Assembly (NCBI GenBank): GCA_002633005.1
Contig: NMRA01000788.1
Location: 1 to 64,000 of the forward strand
Direction: 5' to 3'
DNA length: 64,000 bases
Source: Phoronis australis
Taxonomy: Eukaryota; Animalia; Phoronida
Shown one piece after another: positions 24,819-38,135 of the stretch. Positions within the stretch are counted from its first letter, which is position 1. Each line of letters starts with the position of its first letter. Both the position numbers and the translations under genes were made by a program. The notes beneath the pieces are model-generated. The model did no database searches and was not told the origin of the DNA. It was given only the letters and a program-made list of their open reading frames with translations.

Positions 24819-26560
24819 TAATAATAATAACAATAACAATAATAATAGTAATAGTAATAACAGAATAGCTTTTACTTGAACAAGGGAAGCCATCGCCCCA
24901 CAGTTCACAATTGTATACATAAACTTTATACATACGTACGCAGCCATTAAAGATTCAATATTTTGCTTCTGATCGTCATTGCCCTTTGTATATACATTGA
25001 AGTGTTTTTTAATTGTTTTCAGTACTAGATTTCGTAGCAGCGTGGTACGAATCTATTTTTTAAATCTACCATTACTGGACAGCGTAACATGAAATGCTCT
25101 TCTGCCTCAATATTTCCTGCATTACACAAGTTACAAGTTCTTTCACCTCGGAAAATATAATTTCTTCTGTCATTTTCAATTTCTAATGTGCGAGTTAAAC
25201 ATCTGCTGTTCTCTAGGTAAAACATATGCTGCTGTGTCCCCTCGTAAATATTTTTCACAAGACAACTCAGAATTAACTCTTCTGTAAAATTCGCACCTAT
25301 TTGTACTTTCTACAACTGACTTTGAAAGTTAGCATCTCTCTGCCTTTGTTTGAATTCCTATAAAAATACTGTTCATCACGGACTCCCTAGTCAAACCATT
25401 CATGACCGATACCAGTAGTATAAAACAAATGTTTAATACAGGTACAGTACACCAATTATTTTGACCGTGCAATTGCCTTTCAGATAACATCAAAAATATT
25501 GTTTTGGAAATCTATCATTTTGCATTTTCAATATTTTCAAAAATATTTTATAGGCCTACACATATAAGACGCAAATAAATCATGACGGAAACATTGACCG
25601 TTTGCCATGGCGTTGGTCTTAATGCCACTAGACAGAAACCATTTGCAGAATTTTCTTTGAACATTTTCAATTTATTTTCTATGGCTGGTACTTCATATTT
25701 CTGCGCCATAGAATAAAATGCTTATTGGGTGCTAAAGTTGTGCCAAACAATTTAAAAGCTTCTTTTAGGTCCCATTTGACACAGGAAATGTTTAACTGAA
25801 TTCATTGCTTCGTGCCTTTTGTGCGAGTGTTCTGCAGCACGCCAACTTTATCTACTAGAAAGTACAATCCCTAATTATTTATAACGACTGCAAGTCTTCA
25901 ACTCAACACCCCTATAACACCATTTTTCTGTTCTTTTTAATTGTCCTCCTTTCTTGAAAACAACTGTGTTCAAATGACTTCGGGATGTTTACAAACACAT
26001 TCCACTTTAAACAGAAATTTTCTAGCGCATTCAGTCGTCTCTCTAACTCAACAGTAGAGTCTTTACAGTTGAAAACATACTTTGTAGAATTCTCAAGAGT
26101 GGTCTAACCAAACCTTTTGGTATTAGTGAAAAACAATTTACCTTTTTTCTTCTCACATACCTCTTATTAAGGTTATCTCCATTCTAACTTGTATATCAAA
26201 TAAACTAAGCTTTGTCAACTAATAAAAATATATATTTTCTGAAAGAACAAAGACCAGAAAATATAAAATATACTTTTTGTATTGATGTTCCGTTATTATT
26301 TTTACGTAAAAATCTTTTTAAGTGGTATATATTTTGTATTTGAAGTTCCCAGAGAATGAAGATAAAGTATTTTGTTAGACACTTGTGAAATATTGTAAAA
26401 TTGGCCAACTTTTGTGAATAAGGTTGGAGATATCCTCAAGTGACCTGTGTTATTTACCATTTCATTTACAATTGCTTTCTTCTGGTACCTGAAATGTTTG
26501 AGGGACTTTTGGGTTTCTGGTGAAATCTTCCAAAATGCAAATCTGATGTCACGGTTCATG
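24819..26560 (-). mobile_element. Third, decayed and 5'-truncated RTE-X-like LINE with a (TTA)n-type tail
   Basis: LEIENDRRNYIFRGERTCNLCNAGNIEAEEHFMLRCP, RT remnants upstream, and an (AAT)n run at 24819-24860. Confidence 0.8.
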
Positions 26561-27549
26561 CGACGCGCAGTGTGGCACCATTCGTCATTTTAAATTAGTT
26601 TAAGCCGGTACCACGAATATTTAATCTAGCTTAGATATTCAACAGCATTCAGCGAATGACATTTTTGGGAGTTTCTGGCTGGCCCGAAACAAAGTGTATT
26701 TGACATGTACTGAATCCTTTTTGCGGTACCTCGAATATTTGAGCCTCCTAAATTTGGGGGGAGGTCCTTTTTAGTTTCTATCGGGACCTTTCCAGTGTGC
26801 AATTTTCTGCCTTGAGTCATTCTGTGCTTGAAGCACCATTGTTCATTGTAAATCTACCCCACGTAAGGTCCCCCAGGGGTCACACCCAGAGTGCAGACAC
26901 CGGCAGACATACATTTTTGTAAATACTGGGGTGCACAGTTGGCATCTCGTCGATCTATACTTTTAAGTAAACAAGTGCCCTGAAGCATGATTTTGTCAGT
27001 TCATTTTCTTTTTGGCACCCTTATAAAGGAAAATTCATAAAAGGTGCCCCTTAAAGGTTAAATTATAACCTAAACTCAAAACTACGTAACGTACTTAAGG
27101 TCTCACAAAATTTTGTTGAAGCATGGGTTCCCAAGTTGCTGGCGGCTGCCCACACGAGGTTTACCCCCAAAGAGCATGCCTACATCGAAAAGGATGTGCG
27201 AAGCTGGCGACGACCATCGTGGAACCGAATAAGGAGGAATTAAAGTTTGTGACGTGTGCAAATTTTGGCGAAGTCGATTTAGTTTGCGCCCCTCCCCCTC
27301 CTCAGTAACGTTTAGTGTTGTCGGGAGACGGGGTAACTAGTGGGAGGTGGGTGCACACGGAGGTAACGTGGGTATTGACTAAGGTTGAGGGGAGTAAAAC
27401 TTGTGTCGACCTCCGAGAAAAACTGGGGTGATGGCGGAGGGGAAACGAGATAACTGGGGGAGACGGTTGCGCTCACATTTGCTTCCCCCAAACGTCATAC
27501 AATCGAGATGAGTCAAAAAGTACCATTCCTTGTCAAGAACGCCAATCTA

Positions 27550-28365
27550 TTTCTGGTTGTTTTTTTATACCGATGCCACTGTATATTGTGATACTATTGG
27601 CTAACTAGGGTTGTGCCCGTTTCAGGGGTCCCCGTGAAGTATGTAGTTAGTGATTAACTTTTGTTTACCGAAAGTACTGACTCAGACTCTGAAATTAAGT
27701 GATCCTCAAATGAGAATTGATTACTTGCACAAATTTTTGCCTGTATGCTATCAACGTACAGCTCGATCGTCTTTTAACTTACCCACTCTTTATGCCCATC
27801 TTCGTAAGCGATTCCAACTTTAGTTAAACTGGTACAAAGATGGTTGAATCCGAGAAGTACAGTAAGAGTTGTGAAAGCAAGATACGCCTTGGAGTTCTTT
27901 TCCATTATTACGTTGTCTCTCAAAGAAAGATTTCAATTTCAACCTAAGTCGACTGCAGACTAAAAGCTGTTAACAGAAAGTAGTAAGTGATTGGCGGATT
28001 TAGACAAGACTCGACAAGCGTGAAAGTTGCCGTCGTTGTCGAAAACGCCAACGTAAAAAATATTTCGAAGAAAACGCCTACGCATGGTACCTACAAAGGT
28101 AGTCATGGACACCATTGATTGTATAATAATATACAAAATTAACAAACAATGGTGATGAAAAGGTCTTTCCAAATCATGGGATATTTTTCCAGGAGTCTAC
28201 TGCCAAAGACTTAAGTACACGGCTAGTACTTGTTGCACTACAGTATTTCTTCGACATACTCACACATCACCCTATCAGGACAATAGGTGACGACACCAAT
28301 TGTGGATTTTTGAAATCAAATTTCAAGTTGTTTACTCGTCTCGCTGGAGTCATGAAACTCTACAG
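27550..28365 (-). pseudogene. STING-like pseudogene, copy 2 (3'-truncated); clean exon at 27918-27783
   Basis: PCVGVFFEIFFTLAFST (cf. copy 1 VAFST). Exon AYLAFTTLTVLLGFNHLCTSLTKVGIAYEDGHKEW|gtaagt. Next exon ETGTTLVSQ*YHN (cf. [11 protein letters not shown]). Confidence 0.55.
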
Positions 28366-28599
28366 GAGATAGGAAGCTAACCCTTCTCCACGCATATATC
28401 CATTCGCCTAGTGGATTCCGTCTCACTAACTATAATTTTCCAAGTCACTCTCGGAGATCTCTCGGCTCCCGGCCATTTTTGTTTTCACCTGAAGAGTCCT
28501 CACGGACTTGTGAGTTATGTTATTACCTCAACCCGTTTGTTGTTTGTTACCCAATACTACTTTTACGTTACAACTTCCTCGTGCAGTGCGTCGTTTAAA

Positions 28600-29645
28600 A
28601 AAAAAACATGTCGGTAAGCCAATTTCTCATGAAAGCCGTTTTTGTCACGGTTTGGAATAGCAAAGTTTCAAGGCATGGGGGCTCTGGCAAACGAGTGCTA
28701 GCGCATTGTAAAACGTTTCAATGGACTCAACGAGGAGTAATGCGTCGCATTCTCAAGCTTATTTGTTACTTGTTTGTTGTAGACGTTTTCAAAGCATACA
28801 AGGGACATAGGTATATTTGAATGGTGAGGTTGTGTGTTTAGGGTGTATGTATTGAGTACTGCTGAATCGAAAATTTTGAGCCCCGGCCCACGAAAATCAG
28901 CCAATCGACACATTTTGATCATTTCGACACAGCTTTTACCACGGGCGAATTTTGTGTATCGATTTGGCGGTTTGCCCAGATATCGACTGCCGAAAACGCG
29001 CTCATCCGGCCGTAGGACAAAGTGCTAGAAAAGGATGTTTTGCTGAAAAAAAATATATGAGATATCAGCTTCACACTTTCTAAAAGTTGATTATTGAATA
29101 CCGGAGGCGCGGGGATGTTTTAATGGTTTTCATGCAGCAGCGCTAGAGCCTTTAACCTGTTGCATGGAGTGTTGGATCAGTTTAAGTGGGCTGGCTTCAC
29201 GCTCCACCATGTCTGTGTTACCGCAGGGTCACATGTTTGACCAAAGTACCACTGCCTATATTTGGATTCTGAGTTATAAAATATGTGCATACGCGTACCT
29301 AGGGGAACTCAGGGGGTTCGAACGAGCCCCCCACTTGACGAAGTGGGCAAAAACTTCCGTCACAGAGAAACAAAAAGTCCGAAAAAGTAGAAAACGAGAC
29401 AAAAGTCCACTAAAAAGGTAGATGCGCAATTCATAACTCTGAACGTACCCCGTTTTTTAGCAAAAGGTCCACATTCTCGAAAATTCGAGCCCCTTCATTT
29501 TTAGGCTTGCATGATGTTAAAGTGTTTTCTAGAGGAAGTATAATATCTTTTCCATCTGTGGAGTTGCCTTAAAAATCCGACATTGACTCTGTTCCATGAC
29601 TTTTTTACACGACATTGGAATCTATTCGTGAAGGCCTACGCATGC
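28600..29645 (-). pseudogene. STING-like pseudogene, copy 3; close paralogue of 49385-49975
   Basis: CVGL exon at about 29640, ALLH exon at about 29255-29103 and THNLTIQIYLCPL (cf. [13 protein letters not shown]). DNA is collinear with 49385-49975. Confidence 0.45.
29295..29510 (+). mobile_element. MITE-like insertion (same family as 2470-2712)
   Basis: Absent from the paralogous site near 49845. Confidence 0.7.
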
Positions 29646-30311
29646 TATTCACCAAAATAAGAAGCCGTAGTGTCAAATACACTCAACTCAACTTCACGAA
29701 AACTTAAGTGACGCGTTGATGAAAGACAAGCATCAAAGCTTTTCCTGTTACCATTTATTGAAAAATAACATTCCAGCTTACAAATATTGGAACTGAAAAG
29801 GGAGACCATTCACACGCTCACTAAGGCACACAATCACAAAGTGTATTACTCATCAATTAATGGACAAATTTCTAAACTGTCCCTAGTATTTTTCGGTTGC
29901 ATATTTTTCACTAGTGTATTAACTTCGGATAAAATTCAAAAAGGAATTAACACACAGTTTCTTTTCTCTATGCTTATTGTTGTAAATAAATAGTTTCCCC
30001 AACAGTATTTCAATATGTCAAGAAAAGGTCTAGTTTGCTAACTATACCAAAACTTACTGTTTTGTAGGAGAAGCTATCAACCAGCACACTTGTCAACAAC
30101 ATTGATCGTGATTAAGATCAATTCGGAATTGTTTTAACAAACATACTCCTATAAAAGTGTTTAATGTTACAGCTGAGTATTTATAAAAAAGCAAACATCA
30201 TTCTCCAAGTTGACATGTAGAATTTTAATAAATAATTTGAGGATAGAATTCTGAAACTGGAGTCATCTAATTCTCAGATCTTTTGTAATGAAATATTTAT
30301 CGAAACCTATT

Positions 30312-33000
30312 TCAGATGCCTGTTTTAATTCTGCTTATGAGTCTCGTGAAGAAAATTAAGAAATTCACAATTATGTCGATATCTTCCCCCACATCTCCGA
30401 GTAGTTTACCTAAGGGAGTAGGGAATAAAGGTAACACGGTTTTCCCATTTCCAAACAGAGCATTTAGTTTGATATTTGAGTAATACAGAACACATGCAGT
30501 TAACTTCAAGCAGTTCCTTTCAACATTTAACTTCTTTACAAGATGATAATCGAACTGTAGTATGTCACTATGTGAGGAATACAAGTCTGTACTAAATACA
30601 ATGCCCTCTTTAAACTAATCTTTGTAAGAGATGGTTTCCAAGAAACATTAATATTTAACATTAAAAAGAATTTTTTGAGATACTCGTCTTTTTTCAGAAA
30701 GGAAAACAACAAATCAAAGAAAGTTTCTTAACTAACCCAGTGGTAAAATTTAGAACACAATGAACCAATTCTAGTGTTCCATTGTGAAATGCTTTCTAAT
30801 ATTAATTATTAATGTTTCTTAGAAAAAATCCACCAAATTTTTCGAAACCTTGCATCTATGGGTGTATCGAATATAACAGATCATAGCTATTTGAAGCATT
30901 GACAACATGTTTACTTTAAAAGCCTCACAAAAGTTTAAAATATTTATCATTTTGAGTCGAGAACAGCCCGTGTACGTTCATTCTTATCATTACGTCCTTA
31001 TTAGAGAGATATATCGCGACAGAATCGACAGCATTTTGCTATCAAAAGACGTACAGATTTCGTCACACCCAACGATTTCATCACTTCAACCATCTCAAGA
31101 GGCCTGAGGTTTGGCATTAGATTTTTATTATTGAAACTTATTTTATTGTTACACACTGTCAAATCAGCCATCGTTCATTTTTACTAGAGGCAGACTGCTC
31201 AGTGAACAATACTATATTATTGTGTTTTTATTGTCAATGTTGTAACTGGCTTTCAGTCCAACTTAAAAGTAACAACAGATAATATTTGAATAAAACCTCC
31301 ATGCATAGGATTAGGATAATGTATAGAAACAGTTGTGTTACCCACAATGCCATGATGCCAAATGCCTGATTACGCATCACGTGGTGTAGCATCATATCCA
31401 GGTCAGAATCGTCGGATAATTGCGTTTGGCGGCGCGAACCTCTACAAATGTAATCATCGAAATTTCCGTTGCTGTTCGCGGCCGACAATTTCGTTACAGG
31501 TTTGCATATTTCTGTTTGTGAATCTTGAACTGAAATTGACCTTGAGGTTCTGTGACGAAATGAGGGGTAATTGACAACTTTCTTCTATGATAATCACCAT
31601 ATGAAATGGAAATCATTGATAACTTTCGATGTTATGTTTGAAATATTTTATATCACTCAATAGAAGGAACACACAACTATATATTGAGCACTTATTCTGC
31701 GGTATGTGAATCCTTACGTCCATTCATAAGTAGGCGGCAGAAATGAGAGAAGGAACAGATGCCCGCACATGTGATGTAGTAATGATAGTGTTGCGGTTGA
31801 ACCTGTAGTAAAAAACAGCTACCCACCGACATCAGGCACATTACCACGTCGGACATGATTTTGAGGCACCCTTTCTCTGAAAAAACAACATTTCGTCAAT
31901 TTAAAGTACAAATACAGTCCTGTTCGGTCTACATGCAACTTGAAAAAAAACAGAGTGACGTTCAGTGGCAAATAATAACTTTTGTCTTATCTGTTTGTTG
32001 GAATGACAACCGTTTGATCGTCACGGAATAAATCACCGGGATAGTATATTCATATGTTTTGTCGGAGCATGCTGTTGAAAGTTAGAATATGAGTCGGTGT
32101 GATAAAACACATCTCCATTTTAAGAGAGTGGTTGGATTAAGAACAACTCATTTGTTGGATCTTCTATGAAAAAGTCTACCTAATGTTGATACATCAGTCG
32201 TACATTGTAATCCTTTTGTGGGTTCTAAACCAAATTGAACAAAATTCAAAGGTAAAAAACAAAAATCGAATTAGGGCTTCTACTCTCATAAAATCGGTCG
32301 TAATATTACTTACTCTGATAGGATTCCCTTTTCGTTACCAAGTTACGCCACAAGTAGTGGATTTTCGTACTTGCAATTTTATGGTTGGCCAACCCTATTT
32401 AACTGTGGCATGTTTTCTGTAGTTGTTGATGCATTCGATGATCTTATAGATCACGAAATGGATTCCTATCAAGGTAAGGAGTATCACGAAACCGATTTTA
32501 TGAGAGCAAAAATAATTCGATTTTCGTTTTATAGCCAACAAAACAGGCTAAATGCAGTTTTGAAGAAATCAGTCGCTGGATACAACACAACAGCCTTAAC
32601 GAAATACGTAACGCGGGCTTCTGTAAATTTCCATTGAAAATTTTGAACCTTTTGTAGACTTCCTAGCCCATGACGTCACTCATTCCAAATGTAATTTTAA
32701 TAGGAAACATACCCTTTTGAAAAGAACGTGCTGTAAAAGCCTACGCAAGACATGTGATATGTAGGTACGTTAGAAAATTTGGAGCCTAACGGTCCACCTG
32801 AGAATTTCTTTATCAATGAATTCATATTTCCCTAGATGGCTTAACGTAAATGGAAGCCTAAATTTAAGCTGCAGCAATACCAATGTTTTTGACACACAAT
32901 TACAACGAAAGAAACAAATAATTAACGACTGCTGCCGTTTTCGAAATTTCACTTCAATGTGCTTTTCAGTACAAGTAACGTAATTTACGGGCGATACTGC
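30312..33000 (-). pseudogene. STING-like gene/pseudogene, copy 4, the best preserved (exons ~33000-32840, 32797-32715, 31876-31718, ~31530-31298, ~31103-30993, ~30590-30312)
   Basis: Open 159-nt exon EKGCLKIMSDVVMCLMSVGSCF..YYITCAGICSFSHFCRLL. Then DLDMMLHHVMRNQAFGIMALWVTQLFLYIIL (cf. [30 protein letters not shown]), KSVRLLIAKCCRFCRDIS (cf. [17 protein letters not shown]) and ACVLYYSNIKLNALF..LFPTPLGKLLGD (cf. [26 protein letters not shown]). Confidence 0.6.
32423..32473 (+). CDS. Possible isolated 51-nt internal exon of an unidentified plus-strand gene (VVDAFDDLIDHEMDSYQ)
   Basis: ttttctgtag| ... caag|gtaagg, symmetric phase 1-1, open frame. No partner exons identified. Confidence 0.3.
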
Positions 33001-33765
33001 CCCAAAGAAACATCCAACTTGACGTTTACGATAAGGGTGATTCCATTGCATTTGTTCCCTCCGTTATCCCGGAAAGTAATTGGTAATTCCATTAAACTCT
33101 ACCAAGAGAGAAGCGCTATCATATCTTCATCATGAGGAAACAGAAAATTGCAGAGTTTACCACGCCATACTCGATTAGTCGATATTTTTATTTGCAATGG
33201 AAGGGACGAATATTTTGGAATCGCCTAGTGGAGTTTAGCGTCATATAAAAAACGCTCAAAATTTCGAGGTTTGAATCTTGAACAGAGAACACGAACCAGT
33301 TCACATGCACTTTTCAAATGTTCAAGTAACAGACTGAAGATGACCAGCTCAGACGACATCGAAGCCGTTCAACATTAGATGAGAACATGTCAGATCTTAT
33401 TGTAATATGGTTTAGTTGGTACTGACCTATCATTGACATACGTATAACAGTGGTTCTAAACCTGATAGAATTCACGCTAAGTCGCGGGTTATTTGATTCC
33501 TGCAGTTATTGTGGCCAACAAACGAAGATTGTTACAACAAGTACCTTTGGTAAAGAGGAGTAGAAAACCGCACACGAATTCGATTAAAGCAACCAGACTC
33601 CTTGACTTGGCTTCGTCTTTCCCGGCAGGCACTGAGTTTGCAAAAATTTTTTTCTGAAACAACTTAAAAGTTATTATTGACAACCAGCGATGAAACAAAT
33701 GATTTGAATGGAGAAAATAAATGGATGCTCAGTACGTCGTAGCAAGGAGTGTACGAAGAATCATA

Positions 33766-34210
33766 CTACACTCCTTGGTCGCAATCCCAATCCAGGGATG
33801 CGTCTATGATTTCAGCAACTTGGATAGTCGGCCTGCCAAGTCTGGCCTTGCACTTACGAGGGGATGCCATATTAATAAAGGTGACCCTGTCCGAATGTAA
33901 TGAAAGAGCAAGGGCCAGATTAATATAGAGGGCACCGCTTGACGGAGACTGAATAACGAAGCCCCTATACTTAGAGACCCATTTATGAACGAAGAGCGGA
34001 CCCAATATTAATATAGGTGGCCACGATAGGCGGTCCCGCTCTAAAGTGAGCAAAGCGCTACTGGGAGTAGCACCTGAATGCGAAAGAAGAGCAAGACCTC
34101 TTATATCAGTGATATAGGTGCATCCAACCTAAAGCAACCAAAGAGAGGGACCCTCTACACTAACATAAGCACCCTGCTCAAAGAAGAATGAAGAACTGGC
34201 CACCCTGGCC
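33766..34210 (-). mobile_element. Possible old CR1/L2-type RT fragment
   Basis: ILILGPLFV resembles the QGSILGPLLF region; composition differs from the flanks. Confidence 0.3.
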
Positions 34211-34349
34211 ATAGAGATCGTCGCTTTTAGGTCCTGAAATTGAAAGTTCTACCTATGTCGTTTTACTATGATATCAGTCATATAAAATGACAAGCTGTTT
34301 TACCAAAATTTTGAATCGGGATTTTCTGTCAACATTTTGAGTTATAGTA

Positions 34350-35800
34350 ACGAAATGTTTTGTTCACAACACTTAGAGTAAGACTAAAGACCCATTCTAG
34401 TCTCTGCCGGTCAATGTCACGACCTCTTACATTGGCAAACTACATTTTCTTGGTTTGTTAAGCACCAGACATTGCTGTTTCGGACACGTGCGAACCTACT
34501 CCTTTCTGTAATGTTTATTGCACGATTTATATTTTGTGTAACCAGTTTGTAGCAAACCCATTTTTCGTGTTGGCATTAACCACGCGCTAGCTTTGCAAAT
34601 CGGCTTAATTTTAATGTGTGACAAAGAGAGAATTGTGAGTGTCTGAGTAATTCACTTAGGCTTCGATTGAAATTTACATCTTATCAGCAACTTGTGTTTC
34701 TTCATCGGCATTCAGCTTCCGTTTTCTTTGAAAAAATGAAGTAATGTCTTCATTGCTCAATGAAGCAGACGACGGAATCAGAGTAGTGCGCAGCGCCATT
34801 GCCGGTCGCCTGGGATATCACGCGCATATCGACCGGGAGCGGCATTACTTAGCCATTGTTACCGGTTCTCTAGACCAGACAAATGAAATCAGGTCTGACC
34901 CCCCTCCCCCCACACATACGCACATACAAGTATTATGTACATTTTTCATTCAGAAATGTTTTGTTAACCGTTTTTCGGGCCAGTAGCAGTAAATCCAGGT
35001 ATCTGTAATCTATGGATTCTCCAACTCATGTTACTTTGTCCCAATGTTCACAGCTACCGTTGCTTTCTATGCCCAACGTTCTCCCGGTTTTATTTTCGTT
35101 CGTCTCGGGGTTATCCTGCCAAAGATTATTGCTCCCGATGCTCGATCTTTCCCAATGCCTCCGGACTGGCTCGGTGCTAACTGGTTCCCTTATAATATGG
35201 GTGCCTTTACAATATTTCTTTATATCGGATGTAACAAAGCTTTCGAGTACGCCAGCTACCTTGTATTCTGGCAATATCATTGTTCTTGTCTTTCAATAAC
35301 TCAACTTACCCATTCTTCATGCCCGTCTTCATAAATCAGTGGCACACCCATCTTTGTTATACTTGTACAACAATGATTCAATCCCAGAACCATAGCAAGA
35401 ACAGTGACGATGTCCATGGATAATGTTATGTGCACTTGTCGCCTAAGTAAATTCTTCAGTTTCAGCCAAATCCAAATAAAGTCAACAGCCGAAAATAGTC
35501 AGAAGTTGACGCGGATGTCAGTCACGAGGCCAACGAAATCGCTGTTGTCGGTTTGGAGCTTTTAATTACCCTGCCCGAATGCCAATAATCAATGTCTGGT
35601 CCAGTATACACCGCAGAAACGGTGCGTTTCTAAGAAAACATAAGAGCAGGGAAAACCATAGAAGTCTATTTTTGGATGTCTGGGAAAACCCACCAAGGAT
35701 GGGCATGATAGGCCATTGCAGCGGCGTACACTCTAACTTCTGAATTGTCTAATGCTAAGGTGGCGCTGTGAAAAAAAGTCGATGGACTGCCTCAAGAAAA
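34350..35800 (-). pseudogene. STING-like pseudogene, copy 5; closest to copy 2 (clean exon 35442-35310)
   Basis: IVTVLAMVLGLNHCCTSITKMGVPLIYEDGHEEW|gtaagt, NENKTGRTLG, LRTTLIPSS, TNWLHKI..HVSETA and DIDRQRLEWVFSLTL (cf. REDRLEQAKLFCRTL). Confidence 0.55.
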
Positions 35801-36040
35801 GCTCAGCAGCGCTACTACCAATGTAGGCGTAATAGTTGTGGGCAAACAAACATTTTCGCAATCTGAAAAGTAATACGCAGACACCTAAATGTTAGAAGAA
35901 ACAATCGTCGTTACAGAACAGCATGTAGGCTACTAATTTTATTTATTTATTTACTATTGTGATATTTAAAATGAAGGTGGCCTCTTCAGTGATAGCACTG
36001 CTTTCCAAGAGGACCCTCGCTAATGAGCGCGTCTGTAGAC

Positions 36041-37563
36041 CAGTAGTGGTGTATGCAGCGAACTGGTGCGGCGTTGGTGAACGCGCGTAGACGCAGTACA
36101 AAACCGTGTTCTCTTCCGCCCTAACTTAGTGTTCAAACGCTGGTTTACAGCATCCACACGCTGGTATACACTTGGCAGCCGCGCTTTTTCACTGACAGGA
36201 CTTAAACGTGGAACTGAAAAACCGTTTTGACTATACCTAAGATTGTTGGTAGACCTCTTGTAACTTTACTTGAACCAAAAATATACCCCGCCCTGGCTTG
36301 CATTGCATAGGCGGATCTAGGGGAGTGTCGACTCATGCCTGGATGGTGCCGGTTCGATTCCCAGTTTGCCTGATTTGACCAGGTAATTAGGCCTATTATA
36401 TATATATCTTGTGGTACTCAATGGGGGTGGACTATCATACATTTTTGTAGAATGTAGGCTGTAAGTCTGACAAGTTTTAACTTGTTAAAACAATAACTTA
36501 TCTTCAAGAATGAGAGAGTAAATTCTTCCAAATTTATACCTCCTCAAGTTATTGAAAATTCGCCGGACACCTGTTGGTGTGGATATAGACGGAGTTACCT
36601 CGTACCACCGGGAAAGAGTGGACATGGAGAACTCCATTTTTATGGTGGAATAAACGATCCGGTTTTTACTCTACTAGGCCTATGCTTTATGGAGACGCGA
36701 CAATAAAATGTACAACTTCCTTAAATAACTAGTTAAAGACGAAAACAGAGCTTGGTGAAACATTCACGTTATCAGCAGAGGCGGATCCAAGACTTTGAGT
36801 TAGGGCGGTCAGGGCAGAGTATTAGCCAGGATTTTGCCCGTCAGACAATCGTACCCCCCGAATTACCAAATGGAATCTTTGAAAATTTGGGGGGCCATGG
36901 CTCCCTTGTCCGCCTGCCCCTTAAATCCGCCACTGATCAGTATGTGGAGGCGGCAGGGTTATATGCACGCAGAGATTTTAGATTAATTATTCATGAAGTT
37001 TCGAATCTAAAGTAGGCTTCGATGATCAGCTGATGCGGGGTGATTGACGGTGAAAACAGCAACTTGCGATTGTAACTATATTATTAATTTAAAGGTTTTT
37101 CCTAGTTCTTGGAACTAATGGCTAATTAATAGTATAGATACTGATCCTGGCGTGGACTTCGTAAACACGTGACCGATCTTGCAAACTTCTAATGTATACC
37201 TACAACATCGGCATCTTACACTGCGCGCCAAAATTAAGCGTAGGGGGTTCTCGGTAAGGATGGTGAGTTTATTGCAATACTGAATGTCATGGCAATGACA
37301 TATTTGCAAGCTTTTGACGCTCTATCCGATATCTTTCAAAAACATTGATTTGGACAGACGCCACTCTACTTTCCACTAACATGGGAAACGCACATGAAGT
37401 GATTTGCTTTGATCCTACCAAATACGATAATGTTTGACATTTGTTAATCGGTATGAACGTGGCAGCTTACACCGTTTTTGACTCGCTTTACATTATATTT
37501 CTTCAGGAAAATGATGTCAACAATTAACCTAACTTTTCACCTGGAATTCTACTTCAGAAGCCA
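36041..37563 (+). repeat. Duplicated segment, paralogous to 50031-51423 (3' end of one STING-like copy, spacer, and 5' exons of the next)
   Basis: Collinear from cagtagtggtgtatg to gaattc..agaagcca. Confidence 0.9.
36307..36435 (+). mobile_element. tRNA-derived SINE-like sequence (duplicate at 50299-50430)
   Basis: B box GGTTCGATTCC with an upstream A-box-like taggcggatctagg. Confidence 0.5.
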
Positions 37564-38058
37564 GTTACACCGGCGGTAACTATAGGGAAAGATCACCCGC
37601 CAAGAAACATAATATCCATCCGCTATGACATAATAAGTACGAGTTTTTAGTTCAATTCTCTTATCATTCACAAGTGGAACGCCAACGATACCGGCATTGG
37701 CAGGTGACAGAACGAGAATTGGTTGAAATTATCAAACCATGGCTTAGTATTCTCTTAATGTTTTTGAAAAATCCTTTGAAAATTGAAATGCTTTCCTCTG
37801 TTTCCACTTGAGGAAACACTTAAGTCACAATGTCGGCAGTAGGCTGCCTATAGTCAGGAAAGCTACCGTGAATCCAAACCGAGTTGTGACGCGACTGGTC
37901 CCCTTCTCCAAATTTATAGACTTGAATTTATGTTTTAAATTGTGCTGTGATATTAGAAGATGTACTCCGAAATATAAGCAGATTTTTAAATTTCTTTGTT
38001 GTTTTCATCGCTCGCAGTGAACATAGGACAACTCGTGTGAAGCATTGGTTCAGGCAAT

Positions 38059-38060
<2 letters not shown>
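37495..38060 (-). pseudogene. STING-like pseudogene, copy 6 (3' half only)
   Basis: NASHELSYVH (cf. [10 protein letters not shown]), ANAGIVGVPLVNDKRIELKTRTYYVIAD (cf. lid region AGIKDRVYSN...CVLE) and terminal VDIIF shared with copies 4 and 9. Confidence 0.55.

Positions 38061-38061
<1 letters not shown>

Positions 38062-38133
<72 letters not shown>
38062..38133. repeat. (TA)n microsatellite
   Basis: Pure TA run. Confidence 0.97.

Positions 38134-38135
<2 letters not shown>

Noticed and set aside
31380-31450. GS...SDLD resembling a cGAS/OAS nucleotidyltransferase motif
   Set aside because: It runs straight into the STING-like NxAxG helix, the motif is not kept in paralogous exons, and no other NTase motifs follow.
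33332-33372. CTGAAGA...GAAGCC hammerhead-like string
   Set aside because: GAAA is broken and stem II does not pair convincingly.
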